Of a stretch of 64,000 nucleotides of DNA, positions 1 to 13,000 are shown piece by piece. The position numbers and the translations under genes were made by a program. Within the stretch, counting starts at the first letter, position 1. The number at the start of each line of letters is the position of its first letter. The stretch is from Hemiscyllium ocellatum (taxonomy: Eukaryota): positions 59,176,320-59,240,319 of the forward strand of contig NC_083412.1 of the NCBI RefSeq assembly GCF_020745735.1, written 5' to 3'. The notes below the pieces were generated by a model. The model saw only the letters and a list, made by a program, of their open reading frames with translations. It had not been told where the DNA came from and searched no databases.

Positions 1-1290
1 TGAGGTGAGATTGACAGCCCTTGACATCAAGGCCACATTCAACCGAGTGTGACATCAAGACCCTGAATCAATGCATACTGGGGAAACCTCTCTGCTGGTT
101 GTCCCAACCAGTTTCAGCTGCTTCATTAATGACCTTCCCTCTCTCATAAGTCAGAAGTGGGAATATTGACTGATGATTGCACACCATGTCCATATTATTC
201 ACTACTCCTCACATACTGAAGCATTCCATATCCAAATGCAATAAATCTGGACATTTTTCATGTTTGGTCTGATAAGTGGCAAGTAACATTCATGCCACAC
301 AAAAGCCAGGCTATGACCATCACCAGTTAGAAACAATCTAATCACAGCCCCTTGACATACAATGGTATTACCGAGACTGAAAATGTGTTGCTGGTTAAAG
401 CGCAGCAGGTCAGGCAGCATCCAAGGAACAGGAAATTTGATGTTTCGGGCAAAAGCCCTTCACCAGGAATTTTAAGGAAAGTGTGTCCAGCAGGCTAAGA
501 TAAAAGGTAGGGAGGAGGGACTTGGGGCAGGGGCGATGGAGATGTGATAGGTGGAAGGAGGTTAAGGTGAGGGTGATAGGCCGGAGTGGGGTGGGGGCGG
601 AGAGGTCAGGAAGAAGATTGCAGGTTAGGAGGGCGGTGCTGAGTTCGAGGGAATTGACTGAGACAAGGTGGGGGGAGGGGAAATGAGGAAACTGGAGAAA
701 TCTGAGTTCATCACTTGTGGTTGGAGGGTTCCCAGGCGGAAGATGAGGCGCTCTTCCTCCAACCGTCGTGTTGTTATGTTCTGGCGATGGAGGAGTCCAA
801 GGACCTGTATTACCAAGACTGTCAACATCTTTGGGGATACTATTGACCAGAAATTCAACTGGACTCACTGCGAAAAAAAAAACAGTGGCTTTAAGAGCAG
901 GTCAATGGCTAGGAATACTGCGGCAAGTAAGTCACCTTCTGACTCCCCAAAGCCTGTTCACAATATATAAGGCACAAATCAGAACTGTGATGGAATACTT
1001 CCCTCTTGCCTGGAGGGGTACAGCCCGAACAACACTCAAGAAGCTTCACCACCATCCAGGACAAAGCAGCCCGCTTGATTGGCACCACATTCTAAAAGCA
1101 TCCATTCCCTCCACCACCAACACTCAGTAGCAGTAGTGTGTACTACCTACAAGATGCGCTGCAGAAATTCACCAAAGATCCTCACGCAAAACCTGCCAAA
1201 CCCATGACCATTTCCATCTAGAAAACAAGGGCAGCAGATACATGGGAAAAGTTCCTTCAAAGCCACTCACCATCCTGACTTGGAATATAC
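1..1290 (+). mobile_element. Decayed non-LTR retrotransposon (CR1/L2-like, second family), RT and 3' region; interrupted by a Penelope fragment at 380-806
   Basis: Near 105-185 the frame reads PTSFSCFINDLP then, after a frameshift, EVGILTDDC (an RT FADD-like motif). ORF 768-1130 reads YKAQIRTVMEYFPLAW, typical of a LINE RT C-terminus. The 3' end resumes at 2736-3028. Confidence 0.7.
380..806 (-). mobile_element. Penelope-like (Neptune-type, family 1) 3' fragment with terminal repeat and degenerate hammerhead
   Basis: Near-identical to 19744-20220. ORF 625-858 contains RRLEEERLIFRLGTLQP. Flanked by gtattacc(g/a)agactg at 365-379 and 807-821. Confidence 0.85.
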
Positions 1291-2735
1291 ATGTATTTGG
1301 AAAGGCAAAGACCGATTAGGGTAGTCAATATGGCTTTGTGCGTGGGAAATCGTGCCACACTAAGTTGAGTTTTTTTTTTAAAGTAACAAAGAGGACTGAT
1401 GAAGGAAGAATGGTGGATATAATCTACATGGATTACAGTTCATGAAGTTCTGGATGGTAGACTGGTTAGCAAGTTTAGATCACATGGAATTCAGGGAGAA
1501 CAAGCCATCTGGATACAGAACTAGCTCAAAGATAGGGTAATGGTAGAGGGTTGCTTTTCAGACTGTGACCGGCAGTGTTCCACAAGGATCAGTGCTGGGT
1601 TCATTACTTTTTGTCATTTATATAAATGATTTGGAGGTGAACGTAAGAGATCTGGTTAGTAAGTTTGCAGATGACACCAAAATTAGTGTAGTGGACACCA
1701 AAGAAGGTTACCTCAGCATAGAACGACAACTTGATCAGATGGGCCAATGGACTGTGGAGTGGCACATGAAGTTTAATTCAGAAAAATGTGAGGTGCTATA
1801 TTTGGGATATGGGCCAAATGCTGGCAAATGGGACTAGATTAATTTAACATGTCTAGTTGGCATGGACGAGTTCGACCAAAAGGTCTGTTTCCGGGCTGTA
1901 CAACTCTATGACCCTTTGACTCTATATCACTGTTTTTAAATATCACTGGAACAAAATTTAGGAAAGGCAAATCAGGGCAGAGCTTATACACTGAATAGAA
2001 TGGCTCTGGACAGTCCTGCTGAACAAAGAGACCTTGGAATGCAGGTTCACAGTTCCTTCAAAGTAGAGTTGCAGGCAGCGAGGATAGTGAAGAAGGCATT
2101 TGGTCTGCTTTCCTTTATTGGTCAGTGCATTGAGTAAGGAGTTGGGAGGATATGTTGCAGCTGTACAGGACATTGGTTAGGCATTACTTCTGGAATACTG
2201 CATTCAATTCTGGTCTCTTTGCTACAGGAAGGATATTGTTAAACTTGAACGGGTTCAGAAAAGATTTACAAGAAATTTGCCAGAATTCAAGGGTTTGAGC
2301 AATGGAGAGAGGCTGAATAGACTGGGGCTATTTTCTCCCCAGCATTGGAAGCTGAGAGGTGACTTTATAGAGGTTTATAAAATGATGAGGGGCATGGATA
2401 GGATGAAGAGCTCAGGTCTTTTCCCCAGAGTAGAGGAGTCCAAACCTAGAGGCCATAGGTTGAAGGTGAAAGGGGAACAACATAAAAGGGACCCAAAGGA
2501 CAACTTTTTCACACAGAGGGTGATAGGTATATGGAATGAACTGTCAGAGGAAATGGTGGATCCAGTTACAATTACAAAATGTAAAAGGCATCAGGATGGG
2601 TATTTGAATAGGAAGGGTTTAGAGGAATATGGGCCAAATGTTGGCAAACTGGACTAAATTTATTTAGGATATCTGGCTGGCATGGATGAGTTGGACTAAA
2701 GGGTTTGTTTCCATGCTATACAGCCCTATGACTCT
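1291..2735 (+). mobile_element. Two 5'-truncated CR1 LINE fragments in tandem
   Basis: ORF 1565-1837 contains VPQGSVLG and SKFADDT. ORF 2277-2657 contains RLNRLGLFS...LRGDFIEVYK...FFTQRV. ctatgact-type tails occur near 1905-1925 and 2725-2735. Confidence 0.88.
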
Positions 2736-3028
2736 ATATCACTGTTGCTTCGCTGTTACTGGAACTAATTCTGGAAATCCCTCCGTAACCATTTTTTAAT
2801 TTATTCATTTTATGGGATGTGGGCGTGGCTGGTTGGCCGGCATTTATTGCCTGTCCCTAGTTGCCCTTGAAAAGGTAATGAAGAGCTGCCTCCTTGTACT
2901 GCTGCAGCATGGACTATAACAGGTCAAGAAGACAGCTCACCACCACCTTCTCAAGGGCAATTAGGGACAGACAATAAATGCTGGCCAGCCAGTGACATCC
3001 ACATCCCACAACTAAAATAAAAAAAAAT
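2736..3028 (+). mobile_element. 3' end of the second LINE family containing an inverted copy of itself (2792-2907)
   Basis: The tail gggcaattaggga...caataaatgctggcc...catccca...A-rich at 2955-3028 has its reverse complement at 2792-2870. Confidence 0.75.
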
Positions 3029-3339
3029 TTGAGAATTAGTCATCACTTTACTTTGCAATCTCAGGTCATTTTTTAAAAAAATTCCTTGCACTGTGCTATT
3101 CTTCACTGTAAAATTTTGTAGCATTCCTGAATAAAAAGCAAATGAAGGTAACACCCATTAGACTAAGATAAAATGGACCTTCATTTTATTTTATGTAACT
3201 AAAGATTGGTAATTTCATAAATTTTTCACATTCTGCTTTACTTCCTTCTCAACCCATTTTGCTTTATTTACTGTCATGAGTTCAGAGTACTGAATACATT
3301 AACAACTTCAATCCACTCTGTGAGGGCAGTGTTTTCATT

Positions 3340-3770
3340 ACAATTCAGAAGCAAAAATTGATGGAAATACTCTGCAGCACCATCCTAATACCATTTGTGA
3401 AGAGAAAGCAGAGTTAATGTTTCTACTCTGGTGAACGTTCTTCAGAACTGCTTGTAGCTAGCAAAAAGTCGGTATAATATTTTGAAGATGGAGTGGGGAG
3501 TGGGGGGAGAAGTAAACAGTAGGTGGAGATGGAGCACAGAGAGTGATAACAACAGTCGGGCTGAGAAAAGACTGGATAATCGTCAGCCTGGGAAAATGAA
3601 TAGCAGCTAATTGGGACTGTCGTAACTGACAGCTTGTATAATGACAGCGCCTGGTGTGTGGGGACTGGGATAAGGACATGGAAGAAAGTGCTCGGACTCT
3701 AAAATCATTGAACTTGATATTGAGTCCAGAAGGCTGTAGGGTCCTTAAGAGGAAAATGAGATGCTGTATT
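3340..3770 (-). mobile_element. Decayed Neptune-type Penelope 3' end (family 4)
   Basis: The minus frame near 3700-3770 reads QHLIFLLRTLQPSGLNIKFNDF, homologous to the family-1 C-terminus. A degenerate CTGAAGA...GAAAC core lies near 3420-3450. Confidence 0.65.
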
Positions 3771-5601
3771 CAGATAATTGGATTCTGATTTCTAGCATCC
3801 ACCATTCTTTTGTTATTTTTTCATTACAAAGATATCCTTGGAGATAAATTCTGTTTATTTTTCATGGCTCAGTGCAGTGGATGAGCGATATGGTAAAGCT
3901 CACTTGAAAAAATTCCCAATGTATAAGCATAAGAATGCTGAAAGAAAGGTTCAGATGCTTGGGTAGTTCGTGCAAGTCCCCCTGGTATGCCCCTGTCTAT
4001 TATGTGTTGCAACATTATCCAACCCAGTGAAACCTTCAATTTGTTATGCTGGAGAAAGATTGCAATACAGACGCTGATCCCATAGAGAGAGAACATGAAG
4101 TGTAAAAGGACGCAGGTGAATCAACACTGGAGAGACTGTGGTTTATTTTGTACTCGTTCACTGAAGTATACAGTTTTGCTTGTCAACAAACACTTACAAA
4201 GAGACTCTGTGCTGCCCAACCAGTCTTTACAACAAGGGAGTAAGTGAAGTGCACGAATAAATTATTAGTTACTAAAAAGTTTGAAACCTTTGGGAGAAAT
4301 ATTCACCTGAATGAGGCATGAGCAGTGGTGAAAAAGGAAGGGAAAGATGAAGATATTATTAGAAAATTATAATCTTGAAGTCAAGAGAAAAGTTATGAGC
4401 TCCTTAAATGCCTGTGCCAGCCAATGCCCAAATGCTTCCTCTCAGCAACTATTCCATTTTACACTCCATGGTCGCTATACTCCTCCACCTAGGTCCACCG
4501 AAGTCATTATGGACAAACAACCAGCCTCACCACATCATCATGCTTGTAACTCACACACCACTGCAGCCACTCAACACTTCACTTTGGAACTCAAGGGCAT
4601 CAATCACCTACATGTTTCTGTCTAGTCACTTTACGCATAGGGTCAGACATGTACATCTACAAATGATACATCTTATGGCTTTTTTAGCTTCCTTTATTAG
4701 TATCTATTCACTTTGGAGTCTGTCACACTCTATATACATCACATGACTTTCTTAGCCCACACTCACTGACTTTCAGCACTGATTTACAGGCTACCAGCCT
4801 CTATCTGTTGGTCATATTGCTTTCAACTTCATAGATCTTTAGTGTTCAGTTACAAGGCTACCTTCAGTTGCTTGTATTGCCTTTAACCACAGAATGAGGT
4901 AGGCAGCTTGTGACAGTGGGGAACTCTGAACAGACAAGGAAGTGGTTATGTCGCTTTTTGGTACCATATGACCATTTCAATGTTGCAAGTGTTAGCAGTT
5001 TATATGGCAAATACATGTGCTTTGAACAAATGGTGTTGTGTGGCAGTCACAACGATGCATACTTCACCGGAGTGAAGGGGGGCAGTAACCAGTCAAGGGG
5101 TACTGCCAAAGGCAGAATGGGGTCAGTTCAGCACATATTCCTACCAGAGTCCAGGGATCCATATCCCTGCGGTCCAGGGATTAGACCACAAATAGTTCTG
5201 CAGATCGAGTGCCACCAGTCCGGGGGCTGTGAGTAGATCATTCAGGATGTTGTGGAAACAACAGCCTGTGGGGTGGGAGGGTATATCTTTTCCTGCTTGA
5301 ATCAAAGAGAGGCATCGGTTGTGATGGAAGTGCATAAAGGACCAGTGAGTGATGTTGCACAAACAGAAGAGATGTTATTGTGTTGCCATTGCATCAGTAG
5401 GAAGCACAGAGAGCAGGAAGGCTTGGTATCCTGGGAGGAGGAGCTTGGCTAAATGGATATGCATGCAATATTGAGAGTTGTAGTTCATGAGCCTTGGTGA
5501 GAGAAATGTTTACTGTTAGAATTAGAGTAAGTGCTGGCTTATGAGAGGGAGGTAGCAGATGGTAACACTCAGTATTGCAGATTGCAAAAGATCACTGGCC
5601 C

Positions 5602-6643
5602 TTTTCCTGCCTTGCTGGATGTCTTAAATCCCCCAGAACAAAGCACTGACCCGGGCTGCAATTTATATCCAGAACTGGCTTGATTTAGTCTCTAGTGGTG
5701 ATCCGGAGGAGAAAAAGGCTTCCCATTTTTCTACCACTCCATTCGTGTAATCTGCAGTACTCTCCCCTAAACCGAGTACCCCAAGTACAAATAGAAATAC
5801 TAACTTGATCAAAACCACAATAATTGTACAAGCTACGCTGTAAGCTCTCAAAGACGTTGCTTTGGATTCAGAATCTATGAGTCATTGCTATCACCATATG
5901 ATCCCCCAAAGCCTGAAGGCCAATAATTAACCCAGCCATTGTGGAGGCATTGGATGTTACATATCAAAATTACAGACATTATAAGTGCTACCACTGTCTC
6001 CAGCAAGCCCATTCAGATAGGGCTGTAGGGCACAGATTAGGATTTATTTGCTAAGTCAGCAAACAGTCCAAACATGCATGATGTTCGTTTAGTTGTGGCA
6101 AAACATCTAGAGGTCACCAACTGCTTGTTTAACAGTGACATTCCCTGGGCCTTCTCTCAGTTTAGTCCACTCCACTCTAATAGCAAACATTAAACTCTTA
6201 GACTCCTTCAGCTCTGTAATTAACCCGGCAACAGTTCACCAAATGTACTATATTGCTGATTACCAGACATGTTTTCTGGGCTCAAAATGTAAGTGATGAG
6301 CAAAGTGAGAGTCACTGCAAGCTTTATAAGGGTCTGATGTCATTTAGAGTCATAGAGTGATAGAGATGTACAGCATGGAAACAGACCCTTCGGTCCAACC
6401 TGTCCACGCTGACCAGATATCCCAACCCAATTTAGTCCCACCTGCCAGCACCAGGCCCACTTGGGGTACTCCGTTTAGGTGAGAGTACTGCGGATTACAC
6501 GAATAGAGTGGTAGAAAGATGGGAAGCCTTTTTCTCCTCCGGATCACCACTAGAGACTAAACCAAGCCAGTTCTGGATATAAATTGCAGCCTGGGTCAGT
6601 GCTTTGTTCTGGGGGATTTAAGGCATCCAGCAGGGCAGGAAAA
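5602..6643. repeat. 185-bp inverted duplicate pair: 5602-5786 and 6459-6643
   Basis: Hand alignment of 5602-5786 with the reverse complement of 6459-6643 shows no indels and about 9 substitutions. Confidence 0.9.
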
Positions 6644-8571
6644 CTCTTCCTATTCATATACCCATCCAAATGCCTCTTAAATGTTGCAATTGTACAAGCC
6701 TCCACCACTTCCTCTGGCAGCTCATTCCATACACGTACCACCCTCTGTGTGAAAAAGTTGCCCCTTAGGTCTCTTTTATATCTTTCCCCTCTCACCCTAA
6801 ACCTATGCCCTCTAGTTCTGGACTCCCCAACCCCAGGGAAAAGGCTTTGCCTATTTACCCTATCCATGTCCCTCATAATTTTGTAAACCTCTATAAGATC
6901 ACCCCTCAGCCTCCGAAAACAGCCCCAGCCTGTCCAGCCTCTCCCTATTGCTCAAATCCTCCAACTCTGGCAACATCCTTGTAAATCTTTTCTGAACCCT
7001 TTCAAGTTTCACAACATCTTTCCGATAGGAAGGAGACCAGAATTGCATGCAATATTCCAACAGTGGCCTAAATAATGTCCTGTACAGCCGTAACATGACC
7101 TCCCAACTCCTGTACTCAATACCCTGACCAATAAAGGAAAGCATACCAAGCATCATCATCATTACCTTATCTACCTGCGACTCCATTTTCAAGAAGCTCT
7201 GAATCTGCACACCAAGGTCTGTTTGTTCAGCAACACTCCCTCGAATCTTAGCAGTGTATAAGTCCTGCTAAGATTTGCTTTCCCAAAATGCAGCATCGCG
7301 CATTTATCTGAATTAAACTCCATCTGCCACTTCTCAGCCCATTGGCCCATTTGGTCCAGATCCTGTTGTAATCTGAGGTAACCCTCTTTGCTGTCCACTA
7401 CACCTCCAATTTTGGTATCATCTGCAAACTTACTAACTGTACCTCTTATGCTCACATCCAAATCATTCATGTCAATGACAAAAATATAGGACCCAGCACT
7501 GATCCTTATGGCACTCAATAGATCACAGGCCTCCAGTCTGAAAAACAACCCTCCCCCACCACCCTCTGTCTTCTTCCTTTGAACCCGTTCTATATCCAAA
7601 TGGCTAGTTTTCCCTGTATTCCATGAGAAGTAACCTTGCAAATCAATCTCTCATGGGGAATCTTGTCGACCGCCTTACTGAAATCCATATAGATCACATC
7701 TACCACTCTGCCCTCATCAATCCTCTTTGTTACTTCCTCAAAAGACTTAATCAAGGTTGTGATATATGATTTCCCATGCACAAAACCATGTTGACTATCC
7801 CTAATCAGTCCTTGCCTTTCCAAATACATGTACATCCTGTTCCTCAGGATTCCCTCTAACAACATGCCCACCACCGATTTCAGGCTCACAGGTCTGTAGT
7901 TCCCTGGCTTGTCCTTACCACCCTTCTTAAACAGTGGCACCATGTTAGCCAACCTCCAGTCCTCCAGCACCTTATCTGTGACTATTGATGATACAAATAT
8001 CTCAGCAAGAGGCCCAGCAGTCACTTGCCTAGCTTCCCACAGAGTTCTAGGGTACACCTGACAAGGTCCTGGGGATTTATCCACCTTTATACGTTTCAAG
8101 ACATCAAGCACTTCCTCCTCTGTAATATGGACATTTTGCAAGGTGTCACTATCTATTTCTCTACATTCTATATCTTCCATATCCTTTTCCACTTTAAATA
8201 CTGATGCAAAATACTCATTTAGTATCTCCTCCATTTTCTGTGGCTCCACACAAAGGCCGCCTTGCTGATCTTTGAGGGGTCCTATTTTCTCCCTGGTTAC
8301 CTTTTTGTCCTGAACGTATTTGTAAAAACCCTTTGGATTCTCCTTAATTCTATTTGCCAAAGCTATCTCATGTCCCCTTTTTGCCCTCCTGATTTCCCTC
8401 TTAAGTATACTCCTACTGCCTTTATACTCTTCTATGGATTCACTCAATCTATCCTGTCTATACCTTACATATGCTCCCTTCTTTTTCTTAACTAAACCCT
8501 CAATTTCTTTAGTGATCCAGCATTCCCTATACCTACCAGCCTTTCCTTTCACCCTAACAGGTATATACTTT
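6345..8571 (-). mobile_element. 5'-truncated CR1 LINE (about 2.2 kb) with a 185-bp foreign insert at 6459-6643
   Basis: ORF 7590-8552 (KSPGP, NYRPVSL, QHGF, VIYMDFSKA) and ORF 7189-7641 (SKFADDTK). The atagagtc-type tail is near 6345-6365. Confidence 0.93.
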
Positions 8572-9272
8572 CACCATTTCTTGTCTCATAGCTGTATAAT
8601 TCTGAAGGAACAGAAGAAAAGCTCGCTCTGCTAGTTTTCTACTGTCACTCATTGCTATTGTCATTACCTTTTAGTCATAAGTTCTGTATGCTTTGTCTCT
8701 GTTTCCCTAAGTAAAGGCCCCAATATAACAATTGTGTATCATAAACTAATTTTGAACTCACAGCTTCCAGGTTTGCGAGCCTGAGAAATGTTATTCCTTA
8801 GATAGGTGTGGCCTCATCCTCTAACTGGGTCATCTGCTTGGTGCATTAGAGACCTCTGTCTGTAGCCTGCTGCTCTATGTCATCGTATGCCAACTTCTAC
8901 TCGAAGAAGAATTCATAAATATTAAATAGCAGCTGCAATCTTTGATGCTTATCTCATTTGACTGTGAGTGTGTAGTGAAATAGAAGAATGAAGCATTGGA
9001 GGCAAGTTTCAAAGGGCCAGCATGCGTTGCAAGATGTGAGAGAATGCTTAACAGAAGTGTATGTGGCGGAGAAGCCTCCTTGTACTTGGAACAGTGTGAC
9101 TTTGTAGATTCAATGATGTTAACCTCAACATAGAGAAGGCAATGTTGAATGTTTTCTAAGGGTATCAGAAAGTTGGCAGGATACTTAATCAGCTGGTTGC
9201 ATTCTCTTGCTGTACTGGTGAGATTATAAAGTTTCTGCTTCCATTTTTAGCAGTGGGGGCTTGATCCTTAAT

Positions 9273-9393
9273 CACAAAATCCCTACAGTGTGGAAGCAGG
9301 CCATTTGGCCCATTGAGTCCACACTGACCCTCTGAAGAGCATCCCACCCAGATCCACCTCCTTGCCCTATCCCAGTAACCCTGCATTTCCCAC
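9273..9393 (-). mobile_element. HE1/V-type SINE 3' fragment
   Basis: ccctacagtgtggaagcaggccatttggccc...gtccacac is the reverse complement of the tail of the SINE at 18355. Confidence 0.65.
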
Positions 9394-10090
9394 AAATTTA
9401 ATGTAATAAAGATGCTGATATTTGCCTTTCCTTTTCCTTCCATGTGACATGGCAAAACCCCATCCCTTTTTCTGTCCCACTATTTCAGTAAAGACCATTT
9501 CATATGGCAATTTGCAAAGTTTGAAAATCTTATTCTCCTTTGTTAGTTGCAATTTTTGCCACCCGCAGAACCTTCCTCCTTTTAGTCATATGCAAATTTC
9601 CGATTCTGTTCCACATTCCTGACCTTCCCTCCATGTCATCATAGATTTGTAAGACATATGGGTTAGGTCCTGTTTTGGCCAAGATTCCTATTCTATTTCC
9701 TACTCAATTATTTACAGGAACTGACCCCAGGCCACTGACAAGCTCAACCTCCTGTGGTGCCAACAGCTACCAGTCCTGTACCCATCCATAGGGCAATGCA
9801 CATTTCCAGCCCTGTGCCCTGAGTTCTGTATGGAGACACCACTTTGAGCTGTATTCATGTAAAGAACATTACCAATGTTGTTCATTGTTAGAATAATTTG
9901 AAGTAGTAAGTGAGCCTCTGAATGAAGCACTGGTCTGCTTTCTTTTTATGTGTTTAGGTTTGCTTGGGTTGGTGACATCATTTCCTGTGGCAATGTCATT
10001 TCCTGTTCTTTTTCTCAGGGGATAGTAAATAGGATCCAAGTCAATGTGTTTGTTGATAGCGGTTGGAATGCCATGCTTTTAGGAATTCTC

Positions 10091-13000
10091 ATAGAACATA
10101 GAACAAGACAGCACAGAACAGGCACTTCAAGCCTTGATGTTGTGCTGCCTGTGAACTAATCTAAACCCATCCCCCTACACTATCCTACCATCATCCATGT
10201 GCTTATCCAAGATTGTTTAAATGCCCCTAATGTGGCTGAATTAACTACATTGGCAGGCAGGGCATTCCACGCCCTTACCACTCTTTGAGCAAAGAACTTG
10301 CCTCTGACAACTGTCTTAAATCTATCACCCTTGAATTTGTCACTATGCCACCTCATACAAGCTGATGCCATCATTCTAGCAAAAAGACTTTCACTCTCTA
10401 CTATACCTAATCCCCTGATCATCTGTTTGTCTCTATCAAATCCCCTCTTATCCACCTTCTCTCCAATAAGAACAGACCCAAGTGTCTCGGCCTTTCCTCA
10501 TAAGACCTTCCCTCCAGACCAGGCAACATCCTGGCAAATCTCCTCTGTACCCTTTCCAATGCTTCCACATCCTTCATGTATCGGGGTGACCAAAACGATA
10601 CACAATATTCCAAGTGTGGCCGCATTAGTGTTTTGTATAGTTGCAGCATGACATTACGGTTCCGGAACTCAATATCTCTACCAATAAAACCTAACACACC
10701 GTATGCCTTCATAACAGCACTATCAACCTGGATGGCAACTTTCAGGGATCTATGTACATGGACTCCAAGATCCCTCTATACATCTACACTACCAAGAATC
10801 TTTCCATTGACCCGGTATTCTGCCTTACTGTTATTCTTCCCAAAGTGAATCACCTCACATTTATCTTCATTGAACTCCATTTGCCACCTCTCAGCCCAAT
10901 TCTGCAATTTATCCAAGTCCCCCTGCAACCTGCAACATTCTTCCACACTGTCCACTACTCCACCAACTTTAGTGTCATCTCCAAACTTACTAACCCACCC
11001 ACCTGCGTCCAAGTTATTTATAAAACTAACAAACAGATCCTTGTGGTACACCACTAGCAACCGGACTGCATCAACCACCACTCGTTGCCTTCTTACAGAA
11101 AGCCAGTTTCTAATCCATACTGCTACATCACCCTCAATCACATGCCTCTCCATTTCTCCAACAGCCTACCATGCAGAACCTTGTGAAAGGCTTTACTGAA
11201 GTCCATGTACACTACATCAACTGCCCTACTCTCATCCACATGCTTGGTTACCTCAAAGAAACCCAATGAGGTTTGTGAGACATGACCGGCCCATGACAAA
11301 ACAATGTTGACTACCTGAAATCTAATTGTTGCTTGCTAGATGATTATAAATCCTATCTCTTATAATACTTTCCAAAACTTTTCCTACAACAGACGTAAGA
11401 CTCACAGGTCTATAATTACCTGGGTCATCTCTACTGCCCTTCTTGAACAAGGGCACAACATTTGTAATCCTCCAGTCCTCTGGTACTAAACCAGTAAACA
11501 ATGATGACTCAAAGATCAAGGCCAAAGACTCCACCATCTCCTCCCTAACTTGCCAGAGAATCCTCGGATAAATTCCATCTGGCTACTTTCACTCCTTCTA
11601 GAATTGATAACACCTCTTCCTTACTAACCTCGATCCTTTCTAGTCTAATATCCTGTATCTCATTCTTCTACTCTTCAATATTGTCCTTTTCCTGAGTGAA
11701 AACAGTTGAGATTTAGCACCTCTCCAGTCCACACACAACTTTCCACTTCTATCCTTGACTGCCTCAATTCCTACCTTAGTCGTCCATTTATTCCTCACCT
11801 ACCTGTAGAAAGCTTTAGGGTTCTCCTTTATTCCACCTGCTAAAGAATGCTCATGTCCTGTCCTTGCTCTTCTTAACTCTCTCTTTAAATCCTTCCCAGC
11901 TAACCTGCAACTCTCAATCGCCTCATTTGAACCATCTCGTATCAACGTCACATACTCCTCCTTCTTCCGCTTAACAAGAGATACAATTTCTTTAGTTAAC
12001 CACAGTTCCCTTACCTTCTCACTTCCTACCTGCCTGACAGGGACATACCTATCAAGGACATGCAATATCTGTTCCTTAAACCAGCTCCATATTTTGAATG
12101 TCCCCATCCCCTGCATTTTGCTACCCCATTCTGTGCATCCTAAGTCTTGCCTAATCGTATTGTAATTGCCCTTCCCCCATCTATAACTCTTGCCCTGTGA
12201 CATGTACCTATCCCTTTCCATTGCTAAACTAAACGTAACATAATTATGATCACTCTCTCCAAAGTGCTCGCCTACCACTAAATCAAATGCCTGGCCTGGT
12301 TCATTACCAAGCACCAGATCCAGTGTGGCTTCCCCTCTTGCTGGCCCTTCGACATACTGTGTCAGGAAACCCTCCTGCACACATTGGACAAAAACTGATC
12401 CATCTGACGTACTAGAGTTATAGTATTTCTCCTCAATGCTGGTGAAGTTAAAGTCCTCCATAATGACCACCCTGTTCCTTTTACTCCTATCCAGAATCGT
12501 TTTTCTGATCCTCTCCTCCACGTCCCTGGAACTTTGCGGAGGCCTATAAAAATTCCCCAGCAGTGTGACCTCTCCTCTCCTGTTTCCAACCTCAGCCCAT
12601 ACCACCTCAGTAGACAAGTCCTTGTCAAAAGTCCTTTCAGCCACCATTATAATGTTCTTGACTAACAAGGCCACACCTCCTCCTCTTTTATCGCCTTTCC
12701 TGTTCTTAATGAAAGATCTAAACCCTGGAACCTGCAACATCCATTTCTCACCATGCTCTATCCATTTCTCCGAAATGGCCACAACATCGAAGTCCCAGGT
12801 ACCTATCCATGCTGCAAGCTCACTACCTTATTCCGGATACTCCTGGCATTGAAGTAGACACACTTCAAACCAGCACACTCCTGTGACTGTGAAATCCTGT
12901 CCATGCCTTCCCTACTCTCATCCTCCTGTGTACTGGAACTACATCTCCAGTTCCCATCCCACTGCTGAGCTAATTTAAGTCCACCCAAATAGCACTAGCA

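Noticed and set aside
5602-6643. A single TIR DNA transposon spanning both 185-bp copies
   Set aside because: The right copy interrupts a CR1 whose two halves lie inside and outside the supposed element, and there is no TSD or transposase.
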